From Polyangiaceae bacterium (GTDB taxonomy: Bacteria; Myxococcota_A; Polyangia; Polyangiales; Polyangiaceae), in NCBI GenBank assembly GCA_965222375.1, contig CBDCTZ010000008.1, forward strand, positions 384,001 through 448,000: DNA of 64,000 bases. The letters are read 5' to 3'. Both the position numbers and the translations under genes were made by a program. Positions 28,069 through 37,186 of this stretch are shown here, in pieces. The notes beneath the pieces were generated by a model, which saw only the letters and a list, made by a program, of their open reading frames with translations, did not search any database and was not told where the DNA came from. Every line of letters begins with the position of its first letter. Within the stretch, counting starts at the first letter, position 1.

Positions 28069-28857
28069 ATGTCGAAACAGTGGGCGTGGCTGATTGCGTT
28101 GGCCTGCGCAGGGTGTGCGGTGCCGATCAGCAACGGCATGGAGGAGAGTGACGCCAACCGCGTGGTCGTAGCTCTCGAGAAGAGCGGAATCGGGTCGGAC
28201 AAGGAAGCGGACCCCGCAGCCGAAGGCAGGTTCCGGGTGTTGGTCGCTCGAGACGACGCTTCCGCGGCCGTGAGCGTGCTGACGCAGGAGGGGCTCCCGC
28301 CACCCGAATCCCCCGGTGTCCTCGACAGCCTCGGCGAAGGTTCGCTGGTCCCGAGCAGAACCGCGGAGCACGCCAAGTTGGTTCAAGGGACGGCGGGCGA
28401 GCTCGAACGATCTCTACGCGCGGTCGACGGTGTAATCTCCGCCCGGGTTCACCTGGCGGTCCCGGCCAAAGGACCGTTGGGAGACCAAGAACCGACGGCC
28501 CCCACGGCGAGTGTGCTGGTGCGCCACCGCGGCGCGACTCCACCGATTGCACCCGGAGACGTGCAGCGCCTGGTGGCCGGCGCCGTCGCCGGCCTTGAAC
28601 CAAAACAGGTCAGCATCGTGCTGACCCCATCCCCTGCCCCGGGTCGCCCAGCAGAGCGAGAGCTAGCCCGATTCGGTCCCGTCACGGTGACTCGCTCGAG
28701 CCTGTTTTCGCTGCGTCTCATCGTGGGCGCGGTGGCTTTGATCAACGTGATCCTGCTCGGAGTCATCCTGAGCTTCTGGGCACGAATGCGGCGAGCCCAC
28801 GGTGACATCGAAGCACTGCGTCTTGCATCCGAGGGTAGCGGCCGAGACGCGACGTGA
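28069..28857 (+). CDS. sctJ: Type III secretion inner-membrane ring lipoprotein (SctJ/YscJ/PrgK family)
   Basis: Lipobox CAGC, EESDANRV, GLP, LVPS..E, ELERSL..VDGVISARVHLAVP, TASVLV, LVAGAVAGL...VSIV, C-terminal TM. Confidence 0.9.
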   Translation: MSKQWAWLIALACAGCAVPISNGMEESDANRVVVALEKSGIGSDKEADPAAEGRFRVLVARDDASAAVSVLTQEGLPPPESPGVLDSLGEGSLVPSRTAEHAKLVQGTAGELERSLRAVDGVISARVHLAVPAKGPLGDQEPTAPTASVLVRHRGATPPIAPGDVQRLVAGAVAGLEPKQVSIVLTPSPAPGRPAERELARFGPVTVTRSSLFSLRLIVGAVALINVILLGVILSFWARMRRAHGDIEALRLASEGSGRDAT

Positions 28858-29588
28858 TCGAGCTGAAAAGCATCGAAAAGAGCTTTCAGCGGCCGGTGCT
28901 GCGTGATGTCACTCTGCGCGTGCCGCCAGGAACCCTTTGCGGACTGATCGGCCCCGGCGCCTCCGGCAAAAGCGTTCTGCTGAAGATAATCACCGGTCTG
29001 ATCCGTCCGGAAGCGGGCAGCGTGCACATCGACGGACGCAACGTGCTGTCTATGACCGACCTGGAACTCCAGGAGTTTAGAAAACGCATCGGAATGCTGT
29101 TCCAGAACAACGCGCTCTTCGACTTCATGACTGTGGCAGAGAACATCGCGTTTCCACTCCGGCGCCTGTTCGATCTTCCGGAAGACGAAATCCGGGACCG
29201 AGTGGCCGAGCGTCTGGCCTGTGTTTCCCTGCCCGGTTTCGAAGACCGCATGCCGGCGGGCCTCTCGGGTGGGCAGAAAAAGCGGGTGGGCGTCGCGCGC
29301 GCCACTGTAATCCAAGCGCCCATCGTGCTCTACGACGAACCTGCCGCGGGCTTGGACCCCGTTACGAGTCAGAAAATTTTCGATCTGCTGCGCGCCGAGC
29401 AGCAATCCACGGGCGCGACGGTATTGATGGTCTCCAGTGACCTGGCTCGCATGCTCACGGTCACCGACCGAGTTGGCATGATGTACAAGGGCCGCCTGAT
29501 CTTCGACGGCACGACGGAAGAGGCCTACGCCAGTGACGACCCCTACGTGCACCAGTTCGTTCATGGCAATCCCGATGGGCCGCTATGA
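28854..29588 (+). CDS. mlaF: MlaF/Mkl-family ABC ATPase (copy 1, degenerate H-loop)
   Basis: GPGASGKS, GMLFQNNALFD, LSGGQ, LYDEP, VSSD; C-terminal QFVHG..DGP. Confidence 0.9.
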   Translation: MIELKSIEKSFQRPVLRDVTLRVPPGTLCGLIGPGASGKSVLLKIITGLIRPEAGSVHIDGRNVLSMTDLELQEFRKRIGMLFQNNALFDFMTVAENIAFPLRRLFDLPEDEIRDRVAERLACVSLPGFEDRMPAGLSGGQKKRVGVARATVIQAPIVLYDEPAAGLDPVTSQKIFDLLRAEQQSTGATVLMVSSDLARMLTVTDRVGMMYKGRLIFDGTTEEAYASDDPYVHQFVHGNPDGPL

Positions 29589-29638
29589 TCGTCGTACTTG
29601 CCGGCAGCGGCAGGTGAGTACATGCTCGCCCCGCTGAA

Positions 29639-30436
29639 TTGAGCACTTCGTCCACCTCCTCCTCGATGACGCCCTTCGCCGCGCTCGGCGGCTTCTTCCT
29701 GTCCATGGCGGAAATCGTCGGAGGCATGGGCGTGATGCTCGGCCGCATCACCACTCGACTGGTGCGGCTGAACTTCGATGCATCCGAACTGCTCCGCAAC
29801 CTCTACAAAATGGGTGTAAAGTCTCTGCCCATCGTCGTGGTAACGGCACTGTTTACTGGCGGAATCATGGTGATTCAGGCGGCGCCCATCGTTCAGCGCT
29901 ACGGCGCCCAGGGCCTGTTGGGCTGGGGCGCTGGATTCGGGACCCTGCGAGAGATCGGTCCGCTCCTCACTGCTCTCATGATTTCTGGCCGCGTAGGAGC
30001 CAACAACACCGCCGAACTCGGCACCATGGTCGTCACCGAGCAGATTGATGCGCTCCGGGCGCTGGCCATCGATCCGATCAGCTTTCTGATCGTGCCCCGC
30101 TTCATCGGCATCGTGACCACGTTGTTTCTGTCCACCGTGTTCGCGGACGTGCTGGCACTATTTGGCGCCGCCTATGCCGGCTACGGGATCCTCGGCGTCG
30201 AGCCAGGTGTGTTCTACAATGGGCTCACCAGCGGTCTGCTGGGGCTGGGGGATGTCTTTCATGGGTTGATCAAGAGCGTCATTTTCGGCGCCATCATCGC
30301 CTTGGCCAGCTGCCAATTCGGAGTCGCCACGACTGGCGGCGCACCGGGTGTTGGCCGAGCCGTAAACGCCACCGTGGTCGTGAGCGCCGCTGGCATCTTC
30401 GTGCTCGACTACTTGGTCAGCTTTGCCCTCGGATGA
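29639..30436 (+). CDS. mlaE: MlaE/YrbE-family ABC permease (copy 1)
   Basis: GVKSLPIV, REIGPLLTAL..SGRVG, ELGTM.VTEQIDAL, GGAPGVGRA; start TTG 29639 or ATG 29666. Confidence 0.9.
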   Translation: MSTSSTSSSMTPFAALGGFFLSMAEIVGGMGVMLGRITTRLVRLNFDASELLRNLYKMGVKSLPIVVVTALFTGGIMVIQAAPIVQRYGAQGLLGWGAGFGTLREIGPLLTALMISGRVGANNTAELGTMVVTEQIDALRALAIDPISFLIVPRFIGIVTTLFLSTVFADVLALFGAAYAGYGILGVEPGVFYNGLTSGLLGLGDVFHGLIKSVIFGAIIALASCQFGVATTGGAPGVGRAVNATVVVSAAGIFVLDYLVSFALG

Positions 30437-30440
30437 GTTC

Positions 30441-31289
30441 ATGACGACGCCGGCAAACGCACCCAACACCAGCGTCGGAACCATCGACGAGGACGCCATC
30501 GTTCGCGAGGCGACGGGGGTCGCTGCCCTCGGCGCCGGAGCACTGGAGTTCGTCGTTGCCGGCAGGATGCTGTATTCCGTGCTCGTAAAAACGCTCTACT
30601 ACTCGGTGCGCGGCGTACGCCGGCCAGGCGCCATAGCGCAGCAGATGTACGAGGTCGGCAATCGTTCGCTGGTCTTTCTGTGCGTGGTGATGGGGTTCAT
30701 CGGCATGATTCTGGTGTACCAGGGCGGAATCCAAACCAAACGCGTCGTTCCGGATCTGTCTCTGCTAGGCGCCACGTTCCTCGAGGTCCTGGTGCGGGAC
30801 CTGGCGGCCAGCATCGGCGCCCTGATGCTGGCAACCCGAGTCGGCGCCGGCATCGCTGCTGAGATCGGCTCCATGGTCGTCACCGAACAAGTGGATGCCC
30901 TGCGCATGTGCGCGGCAGATCCCGTGGACTATCTGATCAAGCCCCGCTTCATGGCGAGCATCATCATGACGACCGTGCTGATCGTGCTCGCTGGTGGCGT
31001 GGCCTTCAGCACCGGCATGTGGACCGGCTGGGCCTTCTTCGACATCAATCCGCGTACGTTCATGAACATGAGCATGGTTGACGCCGGAGATTTGACCGTC
31101 GGGTTGACGAAGTGCCTAGCCTACGGTGCCGCGATCCCAGTCGTCAGTGGCTACTGCGGCCTCACGACCTTCGGTGGCAGCGAGGGTGTGGGCTGGGCAA
31201 CGACCCGAGCTGTGGTTAACTCCTCACTCGCGGTCATCATCCTGAACTTCTTCATCAGCGGCGCGGGTTTCCTCGTCTTCGGCGGATAG
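30441..31289 (+). CDS. mlaE: MlaE/YrbE-family ABC permease (copy 2)
   Basis: VGNRSL, RVGAGIAAEIGSM.VTEQVDAL, GGSEGVG.ATT. Confidence 0.9.
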   Translation: MTTPANAPNTSVGTIDEDAIVREATGVAALGAGALEFVVAGRMLYSVLVKTLYYSVRGVRRPGAIAQQMYEVGNRSLVFLCVVMGFIGMILVYQGGIQTKRVVPDLSLLGATFLEVLVRDLAASIGALMLATRVGAGIAAEIGSMVVTEQVDALRMCAADPVDYLIKPRFMASIIMTTVLIVLAGGVAFSTGMWTGWAFFDINPRTFMNMSMVDAGDLTVGLTKCLAYGAAIPVVSGYCGLTTFGGSEGVGWATTRAVVNSSLAVIILNFFISGAGFLVFGG

Positions 31290-31347
31290 CCCGTAGCTTG
31301 GGTGCGCTTGGCGTCGGCCGTCGCCAAGCGCAGAGCGTGTCCGCGGC

Positions 31348-32010
31348 TCAGCGCCAGATGAATCCCGGCTTCCGCTTCTTCTTCTTGTCCTTGACCGGCT
31401 TGGGTGGTGGCTTGGAGCACCAAGAGTAGCAGCACTCACCAAAACCCCTGGCGCGCCTGTTTTGGGTGACGGCAGGATCGAAGAGGGAGGCCTTCGGGAC
31501 CTGAAAGGCCATTGCCTCGGCTGGCTGGACCGCGCGCGGGCAACGGTCGAAAGGGCGCCCGCTTGGCTGGGACGTGCCCGCCTCGGGCACATCGAAGCAG
31601 TAAGTTTCGCGCATGTTCACATCGGTGCCGCAGCCGCCGTTGGGCAGAGCGTCGGCGGGATCGGCGATCTTGAGGGCGCTACACCAAGAGTAGCAGCAGC
31701 TGTGCCCCGGAGGCATCCGGCGGCGGGTGTGTGCCGTGAAATCCGCATCAAACAAAGCGATGCGAGGCACTGGCCCGTGGGCGCCAGCATGGGAGTCGAT
31801 GCTCGAAGGGCACGCCGCGAAAGGGGCCGGCGCGGGCAAGGTGTTTTCCCGGGGTAGCAGTTCCTCGCAGTGGTACTCCCGCACCTGATCCACAGCACAC
31901 ACCGACGGGCTATTCGACAGGGAGCCGGACTGGCCTGGGGATTGGGCCGGTACTTCTTGGCTCGCGCAGTCGGCGAGAGCCAGCAGGCTGAAGAGAAACA
32001 AGCGGCGCAT
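31348..32010 (-). CDS. Cys-rich putative lipoprotein with two tandem repeats each ending in CCYSWCS
   Basis: Signal MRRLFLFSLLALADC; duplicated unit RE..C...PF..CP....LFD...T..RR....CCYSWCS; basic C-terminus. Confidence 0.7.
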   Translation of the reverse strand: MRRLFLFSLLALADCASQEVPAQSPGQSGSLSNSPSVCAVDQVREYHCEELLPRENTLPAPAPFAACPSSIDSHAGAHGPVPRIALFDADFTAHTRRRMPPGHSCCYSWCSALKIADPADALPNGGCGTDVNMRETYCFDVPEAGTSQPSGRPFDRCPRAVQPAEAMAFQVPKASLFDPAVTQNRRARGFGECCYSWCSKPPPKPVKDKKKKRKPGFIWR

Positions 32011-32248
32011 AGGTCGTGGGGTTGGGTTGCGTAGCCTCGGGCCCGCGCGCCCGCAAGCAGCAACGTGCGTGCCACAGCGAGCAGACCGGGGCCATTCACG
32101 TCGCGTTGGCTCGCAAAGCATGACCCATCGCGCTTCCGAACGGCACAGGTTGGGCCAATTCTCAGGGTTGGGCGCCAAACGTTGACATTGGCGCCGTCAG
32201 CCCACCAAGCTCAAATCGTGGTGCCCGGTTCCCGGGAGCGACCCGGCG

Positions 32249-32992
32249 ATGATTTCGTTTCGCAACGTCAAAAAATCCTTCGGCCCAAAGAACGTCCTGA
32301 ACGGGGTGAGCTTCGACGTTCAAGACGGAGAGGTGTTCTTCATCATCGGTGCTTCGGGCGTCGGAAAGAGCGTGCTGATCAAGCACTTGATCGGGTTGCT
32401 CTACCCGGATGACGGCGAGATTTGGCTCGATGGCCAAGAGGTCAGCCGGTTCGACGAGCGTCGGATGTACGCGGTTCGGAAGAAGTGCGCGATGGTCTTT
32501 CAGCACTCGACCTTGTTCGACTCGATGACCTGCGCGGAGAACGTCGCCCTGCCCTTGAAGAAACACAAAGGCATGAAACCAAAAGAGGCTCTTTCGGAAG
32601 CGCGACGGCTGCTCACGCACGTACACATGGCTGAGTTTGGCGATCGCTTTCCAGCCGAACTCGGCGATGGCATGCGCAAGCGCGTTGCCATCGCCCGGGC
32701 CTTGACCTTGGATCCAGAGTACGTGTTGTTCGACGAACCCACGACTAGCTTGGATCCGGTCAGCGCTCGGCGCGTCGACAAGTTGATTCGAGAGCTATCC
32801 GACACCCTCGGAGTGACGAGTATCGTGGTGTCACACGATCTAGTGAGCATCTTCGCAATCGCAGATCGCATCGTCATGTTGTACAAAGGAAAGGTGAAAC
32901 TCCTGGGTACGCGCGAAGATTTCCAACAATCCGAGGATGGTGTGATCCAGCAGTTCATCAACGGGCGCGCCGAAGGACCCATGGACGCGTGA
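32249..32992 (+). CDS. mlaF: MlaF/Mkl-family ABC ATPase (copy 2, degenerate signature)
   Basis: GASGVGKS, MVFQHSTLFD, LGDGM in place of LSGGQ, LFDEP, VSHD. Confidence 0.9.
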   Translation: MISFRNVKKSFGPKNVLNGVSFDVQDGEVFFIIGASGVGKSVLIKHLIGLLYPDDGEIWLDGQEVSRFDERRMYAVRKKCAMVFQHSTLFDSMTCAENVALPLKKHKGMKPKEALSEARRLLTHVHMAEFGDRFPAELGDGMRKRVAIARALTLDPEYVLFDEPTTSLDPVSARRVDKLIRELSDTLGVTSIVVSHDLVSIFAIADRIVMLYKGKVKLLGTREDFQQSEDGVIQQFINGRAEGPMDA

Positions 32993-33029
32993 CCTAACGA
33001 CCCAAGCAGAGAAAGGAAAGCGACCAGCC

Positions 33030-34052
33030 ATGAGCCAGCGATCCATCGAGGTTAAAGTCGGCGTCCTCATCATCGTCGCACTCGTCCTATTGGGCGGTTT
33101 TGTAGTGGTAATGGGAGGGCTATCCTTCGAACCCACCTATACCGTGAAGGTCGATTTCGAAAACCCCGGTGGCCTCCAGACCGGAGCGCCGGTGCGAATC
33201 GCCGGCATGAAGGTCGGGACTATCGACGAAGTCCAGTTTCGCGGTGGTGAACTCGACCCACAGACCAAGGAGCCGGTTCCGCCCATTCGCGTGATAGCGA
33301 AGATCGAAAAGCGCTATCAGCACGCGATCTTCGAAAACGCGCGTTGGTACGTCACGACCCAAGGCGTGCTCGGCGAGATGTTCTTGGCGGTCGAGCCGGG
33401 AACAGCGGACCGCCCGAAGGTCGAAGATGGCGCAGTGGTTCGCGGCATCAGTCCGCCGCGACTGGATCTACTTCTCAGTGAGAGCTACGAACTGTTGCAT
33501 CGCGCATACGTAGGCATCACTAAGAACGAAAAACAGATCGGCGAGACCTTCGATGGGCTCCATGCCACGCTGAAGGGCACGGGTGACTTCTTCCAGACCA
33601 ACCAAAAGAAGCTCGACAATGTCGTCACGAATGTCGAAACCCTCACGGTGGAAGCCAACGACACGATGAAGGCTGCCCGCAGCCGCTACGTGGAAAACAA
33701 GCAGATTGACCGAATTTTCAACAACGTCGAGCGGACTACCGTCACGCTGAATCGGAATCTCGACCCGATGCTCACCGACGGGCGGAAGGTCTTGGCCGAC
33801 ACCAAGAAGCTCTCCGGTACGCTTGCCGCTGATGGTCAAATCCGGAAGTACAAGAAGATCACGAACGACGTCAGCGATGCGACCGGCCGCGCTCGGCTCA
33901 TGACCAAAGACGCGCAATCCGTCATGGCCCACGTCAAGCGCGGCAAAGGTACAGTGGGTGCACTCGTGATGGACGAAGCCCTGTACGATGATCTCCAGGA
34001 GATGCTTCGAGATCTGAAGCACAACCCCTGGAAGTTCTTCTGGCGCGAGTGA
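33030..34052 (+). CDS. mlaD: MlaD/MCE-domain protein with long helical extension
   Basis: EVKVG N-terminal TM, GGLQTGAPVRIAGMKVG, GVLGE; C-terminal GKGTVGALVMD...HNPW. Confidence 0.9.
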   Translation: MSQRSIEVKVGVLIIVALVLLGGFVVVMGGLSFEPTYTVKVDFENPGGLQTGAPVRIAGMKVGTIDEVQFRGGELDPQTKEPVPPIRVIAKIEKRYQHAIFENARWYVTTQGVLGEMFLAVEPGTADRPKVEDGAVVRGISPPRLDLLLSESYELLHRAYVGITKNEKQIGETFDGLHATLKGTGDFFQTNQKKLDNVVTNVETLTVEANDTMKAARSRYVENKQIDRIFNNVERTTVTLNRNLDPMLTDGRKVLADTKKLSGTLAADGQIRKYKKITNDVSDATGRARLMTKDAQSVMAHVKRGKGTVGALVMDEALYDDLQEMLRDLKHNPWKFFWRE

Positions 34053-34132
34053 TCTCTTGTCGCGCCCGCGCCTCAGGCGCGGCTCCCAGGCCAGCCTGTC
34101 GAGCGGGTGCGCCGCCTCGAAGCCAAGTCGAG

Positions 34133-34678
34133 CTAGTCGGAGCCGGCGTCGCTGGGGCCGCCGCCCGTCCCGCTAGTGCCGCCCGTCGCAACACCACCTG
34201 TGCCGCCCGTCGCGACGCCACCAGTACCGCCCGTCGCGACCCCGCCAGTGCCACCGGTCGCAACCCCACCGGTGCCGCCCGTTGCGACCCCGCCGCTGCC
34301 GCCGGTCGCAACCCCACCGGTGCCACCAGTGACCGCGCCGCCAGTTCCGCCGGTCGCGCCACCTGCCCCGCCCGTTGCGCCACCTGCCCCGCCCGTCGCG
34401 ACCCCGCCGGCGCCCGAGGCCCCGGCCGCACCGTCCACGGCCGAACCATCCGGAGGCGGACCTGCGGGGCCATCTATCGTGGAAACGACGCCGCTTACGT
34501 CATTCGTACAGACTCCCTGCACGCAAACCAGGCCAGCTGAGCAGTCATCGGCTCGGAAGCACTCATCGCCGGGTCCCCCCTGCTCCTGGGGTCCCCCACA
34601 AGAAACCCCGGTGATCACCCAGATTCCGAGGGACGCGAAAGCGCCCACCCATAGTTTCGTCCGTTGGCCGCTGCGCAT
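34133..34678 (-). CDS. Lipoprotein with small Cys knot and Gly/Thr-rich repeat tail
   Basis: Lipobox GVSC; CFRADDCSAGLVCVQGVC; GGVATGGT repeats. Confidence 0.75.
   Translation of the reverse strand: MRSGQRTKLWVGAFASLGIWVITGVSCGGPQEQGGPGDECFRADDCSAGLVCVQGVCTNDVSGVVSTIDGPAGPPPDGSAVDGAAGASGAGGVATGGAGGATGGAGGATGGTGGAVTGGTGGVATGGSGGVATGGTGGVATGGTGGVATGGTGGVATGGTGGVATGGTSGTGGGPSDAGSD
34175..34410 (-). repeat. Coding tandem repeat of 21-24 bp units (GGVATGGT / GGATGGA)
   Basis: Recurrent gccgcccgtcgc(a/g)ac(a/c/g)cc units read directly from the sequence. Confidence 0.85.
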
Positions 34679-34975
34679 GCCTAAAGGGAAACGCTACGCC
34701 ATCACACGGTGAGGTCAAGTCCGGAGCCACCGCCCTAGGCGCCCGGTGACGGCGGTTTTTGCCGTCGCGCACGCCTGAAGGGGCCCCGCGCCCGCGACCA
34801 GATCCCCCGCTTCGACCCAAGCTCGGGGACAGGTTGGTGTCGGAAAGATATGCTGTCTGGGCCAATCAGACGACATGGGGTACATTTCCTGGCCGCAAGC
34901 CCTTGTTGACCCTCAGGGGTCGAAATTGGTAAGCGCCTCAGCCAAGCTCTGTCATTTCTGGAGATCACCAACACG

Positions 34976-35740
34976 ATGGCCGAACAGAAGGAAAGCTCAG
35001 TTCTCTTCTCCCTCAAAGAGTTGATGAACCTTGAAGAAGACCGCATCAAGGAAGAAGAAGCGGAGCGAGACGCACAGGCTCGAGCGGAAGCAGAGGCAAA
35101 GCTCGCTGCCGAGCGCGCTCAGCGCGAGGCGGAGGAAGCGCGACTGCGCGCAGAAGACGAGGCGCGCAGGTTGGAAGAGCAGCGGCGCCGCGAAGAGGAA
35201 GCGCGGGTAGCGGCCATCCAACACGGCGAGATGGAAAAGGCGCGCATGGACGCCGAGCACCGTGCGCGCATGGAGGCCATGGCGGCTCAGCAGTCCCATG
35301 AAGCGCAGCTCACCGCGATGCGGCAAGACAAGGGCAAGAAGCGCCTGCAGTTGATCGTCGGCATCGTCACGGCGGTATTGGTCATCGGCGGCGTGACGGG
35401 CGGCATTCTGTGGAAACGCTCGGCGGACGCCGCAGACCGGCGCGCGGCGGCTTTGGAAGCCGAACGCAAGCGCACCGAAACCGAGCTAGCCGGTCTGAAG
35501 CGGCAGTTCGAGGATGCTGCAAAGAAGGAAGAAGAGCTCCGCAAGAACCTGGCAAGCGCCAAGGATGAAGCGGAGCGTGCGAAGATCGAGGCGCAGCTCG
35601 CTGCCGCCAAGAAAGCCAAGGACAAGGCTGCCGGCGCCATCCGTCGTGGTGGTGGAGGTGCTGCGAAGCCCCGTGGTGGCGGCGGAGCGAAAAAGCCGTG
35701 CAACTGCCCACCGGGCGATCCGCTCTGCTCCTGCCTGTAG
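34976..35740 (+). CDS. Single-TM coiled-coil protein with N-terminal SSVLFSLKEL motif and C-terminal CNCPPGDPLCSCL
   Basis: Charged coiled coil, TM helix, second coiled coil, Gly/Lys linker, Cys tail. Confidence 0.8.
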   Translation: MAEQKESSVLFSLKELMNLEEDRIKEEEAERDAQARAEAEAKLAAERAQREAEEARLRAEDEARRLEEQRRREEEARVAAIQHGEMEKARMDAEHRARMEAMAAQQSHEAQLTAMRQDKGKKRLQLIVGIVTAVLVIGGVTGGILWKRSADAADRRAAALEAERKRTETELAGLKRQFEDAAKKEEELRKNLASAKDEAERAKIEAQLAAAKKAKDKAAGAIRRGGGGAAKPRGGGGAKKPCNCPPGDPLCSCL

Positions 35741-35744
35741 GCCC

Positions 35745-36461
35745 GTGACCGGCCACGCTCTTCGTCCGCGAGAGCGCCTCGCTTTCGCTCTGGACTACCC
35801 AACGCTCGACGACGCCGAGCGGGGCGCTGCGCTGGTCGTCGAGCACGCCGGAGTGCTCAAGGTCGGACTCGAGCTATTCGTCCGCTCCGGACCACCCGCC
35901 GTTCAGTTGGGTCGGCAGCTCGGTGCGCGCGTGTTCCTCGATCTCAAGTTGCACGACATTCCGAAGACGGTTGCGCGCGCGGTCGATTCGGCCCTAGAGC
36001 TGGGCGCGAGCTATCTCACTGTCCATGCCCAAGGTGGGCCCCACATGCTCCGAGAGGCGACCCGCGCGACTGAGGGGAGCGACTTGACCCTGTTGGCCGT
36101 CACGGTGCTGACCTCGTTGGACGACGCCGACTTGAACGCCATCGGTGTCAGCGCCCAGACCGGAGAACAGGCTCGGCGGCTCGCCCGGCTCGCTTTCGAC
36201 TACGGCGTACGCGGCTTCGTGTGTTCCGCGGCAGAGGTCGGAGGCCTGCGTACCGAACTCGGCGAGGACGCGCTCCTGGTCACACCAGGGATCCGACCCG
36301 CAGCCGCGGACCTGGGAGACCAGAAGCGGGTTGGCACGCCCGCCGAAGCGATCGCTTCCGGATCGGACATCTTGGTCGTCGGGCGGCCCATTCGGGACGC
36401 GGCGGATCCAGCGGCTGCAGCTGCTCGCCTCGTGAGCGAAATCGCCGAGGCGGCGGGGTGA
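35745..36461 (+). CDS. pyrF: Orotidine-5'-phosphate decarboxylase
   Basis: ALD, KVGLELF, FLDLKLHDIPKTV, VTVLTS, TPGIR, VVGRPI. Confidence 0.97.
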   Translation: MTGHALRPRERLAFALDYPTLDDAERGAALVVEHAGVLKVGLELFVRSGPPAVQLGRQLGARVFLDLKLHDIPKTVARAVDSALELGASYLTVHAQGGPHMLREATRATEGSDLTLLAVTVLTSLDDADLNAIGVSAQTGEQARRLARLAFDYGVRGFVCSAAEVGGLRTELGEDALLVTPGIRPAAADLGDQKRVGTPAEAIASGSDILVVGRPIRDAADPAAAAARLVSEIAEAAG

Positions 36462-37186
36462 CCGACCCCGGCGGCCGGCTGGTGCTGGGGCTTCAGCCGG
36501 TTCGCGAAGCGCTGAAGGTCCACGGCGGCGAGGTCCAGCGGGTCTGGCTGGACGCTCGGGACGAGCCGCGGTTGATCGCCCTGGCCCGTTTCGCCTCGGA
36601 CCAAGGCGCCCGGGTCGTGGAGCGGGTGCCCCGCGCCAAACTCGACAAGATCAGCCGTGGCACGCATCATCAGGGCGTCGCGGCCTGGGTGCCGCCCCTA
36701 CATCTCCGCGGTGCCGAAGAGCTGTTCCAGTGCCAGGACTTGTTGGCATTGGCCCTCGACGGGATCCAGGACCCCCAGAACTTCGGTGCCATCATCCGCA
36801 GCGCCGTCGCCGTCGCTGGCGCCGCTGTGGTGTGGGCGGAACACGGCGCAGCGCCCCTCACCCCCGCCACCTTCCGCGCCTCCGCGGGCGCCATCGAGCA
36901 CGCGGCGTTGTATCGCGTCCCAGCCCTACACGGCTTCGTGCGAGATGCGGTCGCCCGGGGAGTGACAGTCATTGGGCTTGACGGCGCAGCCGATGCTAAC
37001 CTGGCCGACGTGGAGTTGCCTCGGCCTCTCGTTCTGGTCGTTGGCAGCGAACACGCGGGGCTGGCTCGCAACGTCCGCCGCTCCGTAACCCAGTTGGCCC
37101 GCATCGTCCGCCCCCACCATGTCGACTCCCTCAATGCCAGCGTCGCCGCCGCCATCGCGCTCTACGTCGCTGCGCATAAATCATGA
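36458..37186 (+). CDS. rlmB: TrmH/SpoU-family RNA methyltransferase (RlmB-like)
   Basis: HQGVAA, LDGIQDPQNFGAIIRS, VGSEHAG, SLNASVA. Confidence 0.85.
   Translation: MTDPGGRLVLGLQPVREALKVHGGEVQRVWLDARDEPRLIALARFASDQGARVVERVPRAKLDKISRGTHHQGVAAWVPPLHLRGAEELFQCQDLLALALDGIQDPQNFGAIIRSAVAVAGAAVVWAEHGAAPLTPATFRASAGAIEHAALYRVPALHGFVRDAVARGVTVIGLDGAADANLADVELPRPLVLVVGSEHAGLARNVRRSVTQLARIVRPHHVDSLNASVAAAIALYVAAHKS

Noticed and set aside
28069..28857. Complete T3SS or flagellar locus
   Set aside because: No export-gate, ATPase, secretin or flagellar genes are in the window, and the protein is too short for FliF and has a lipobox
34049..34712. Plus-strand ORFs with PPVPPVAT or ARRDPA repeats
   Set aside because: They are alternative readings of the Gly-rich repeat; the minus-strand frame has a signal peptide, lipobox and Cys module
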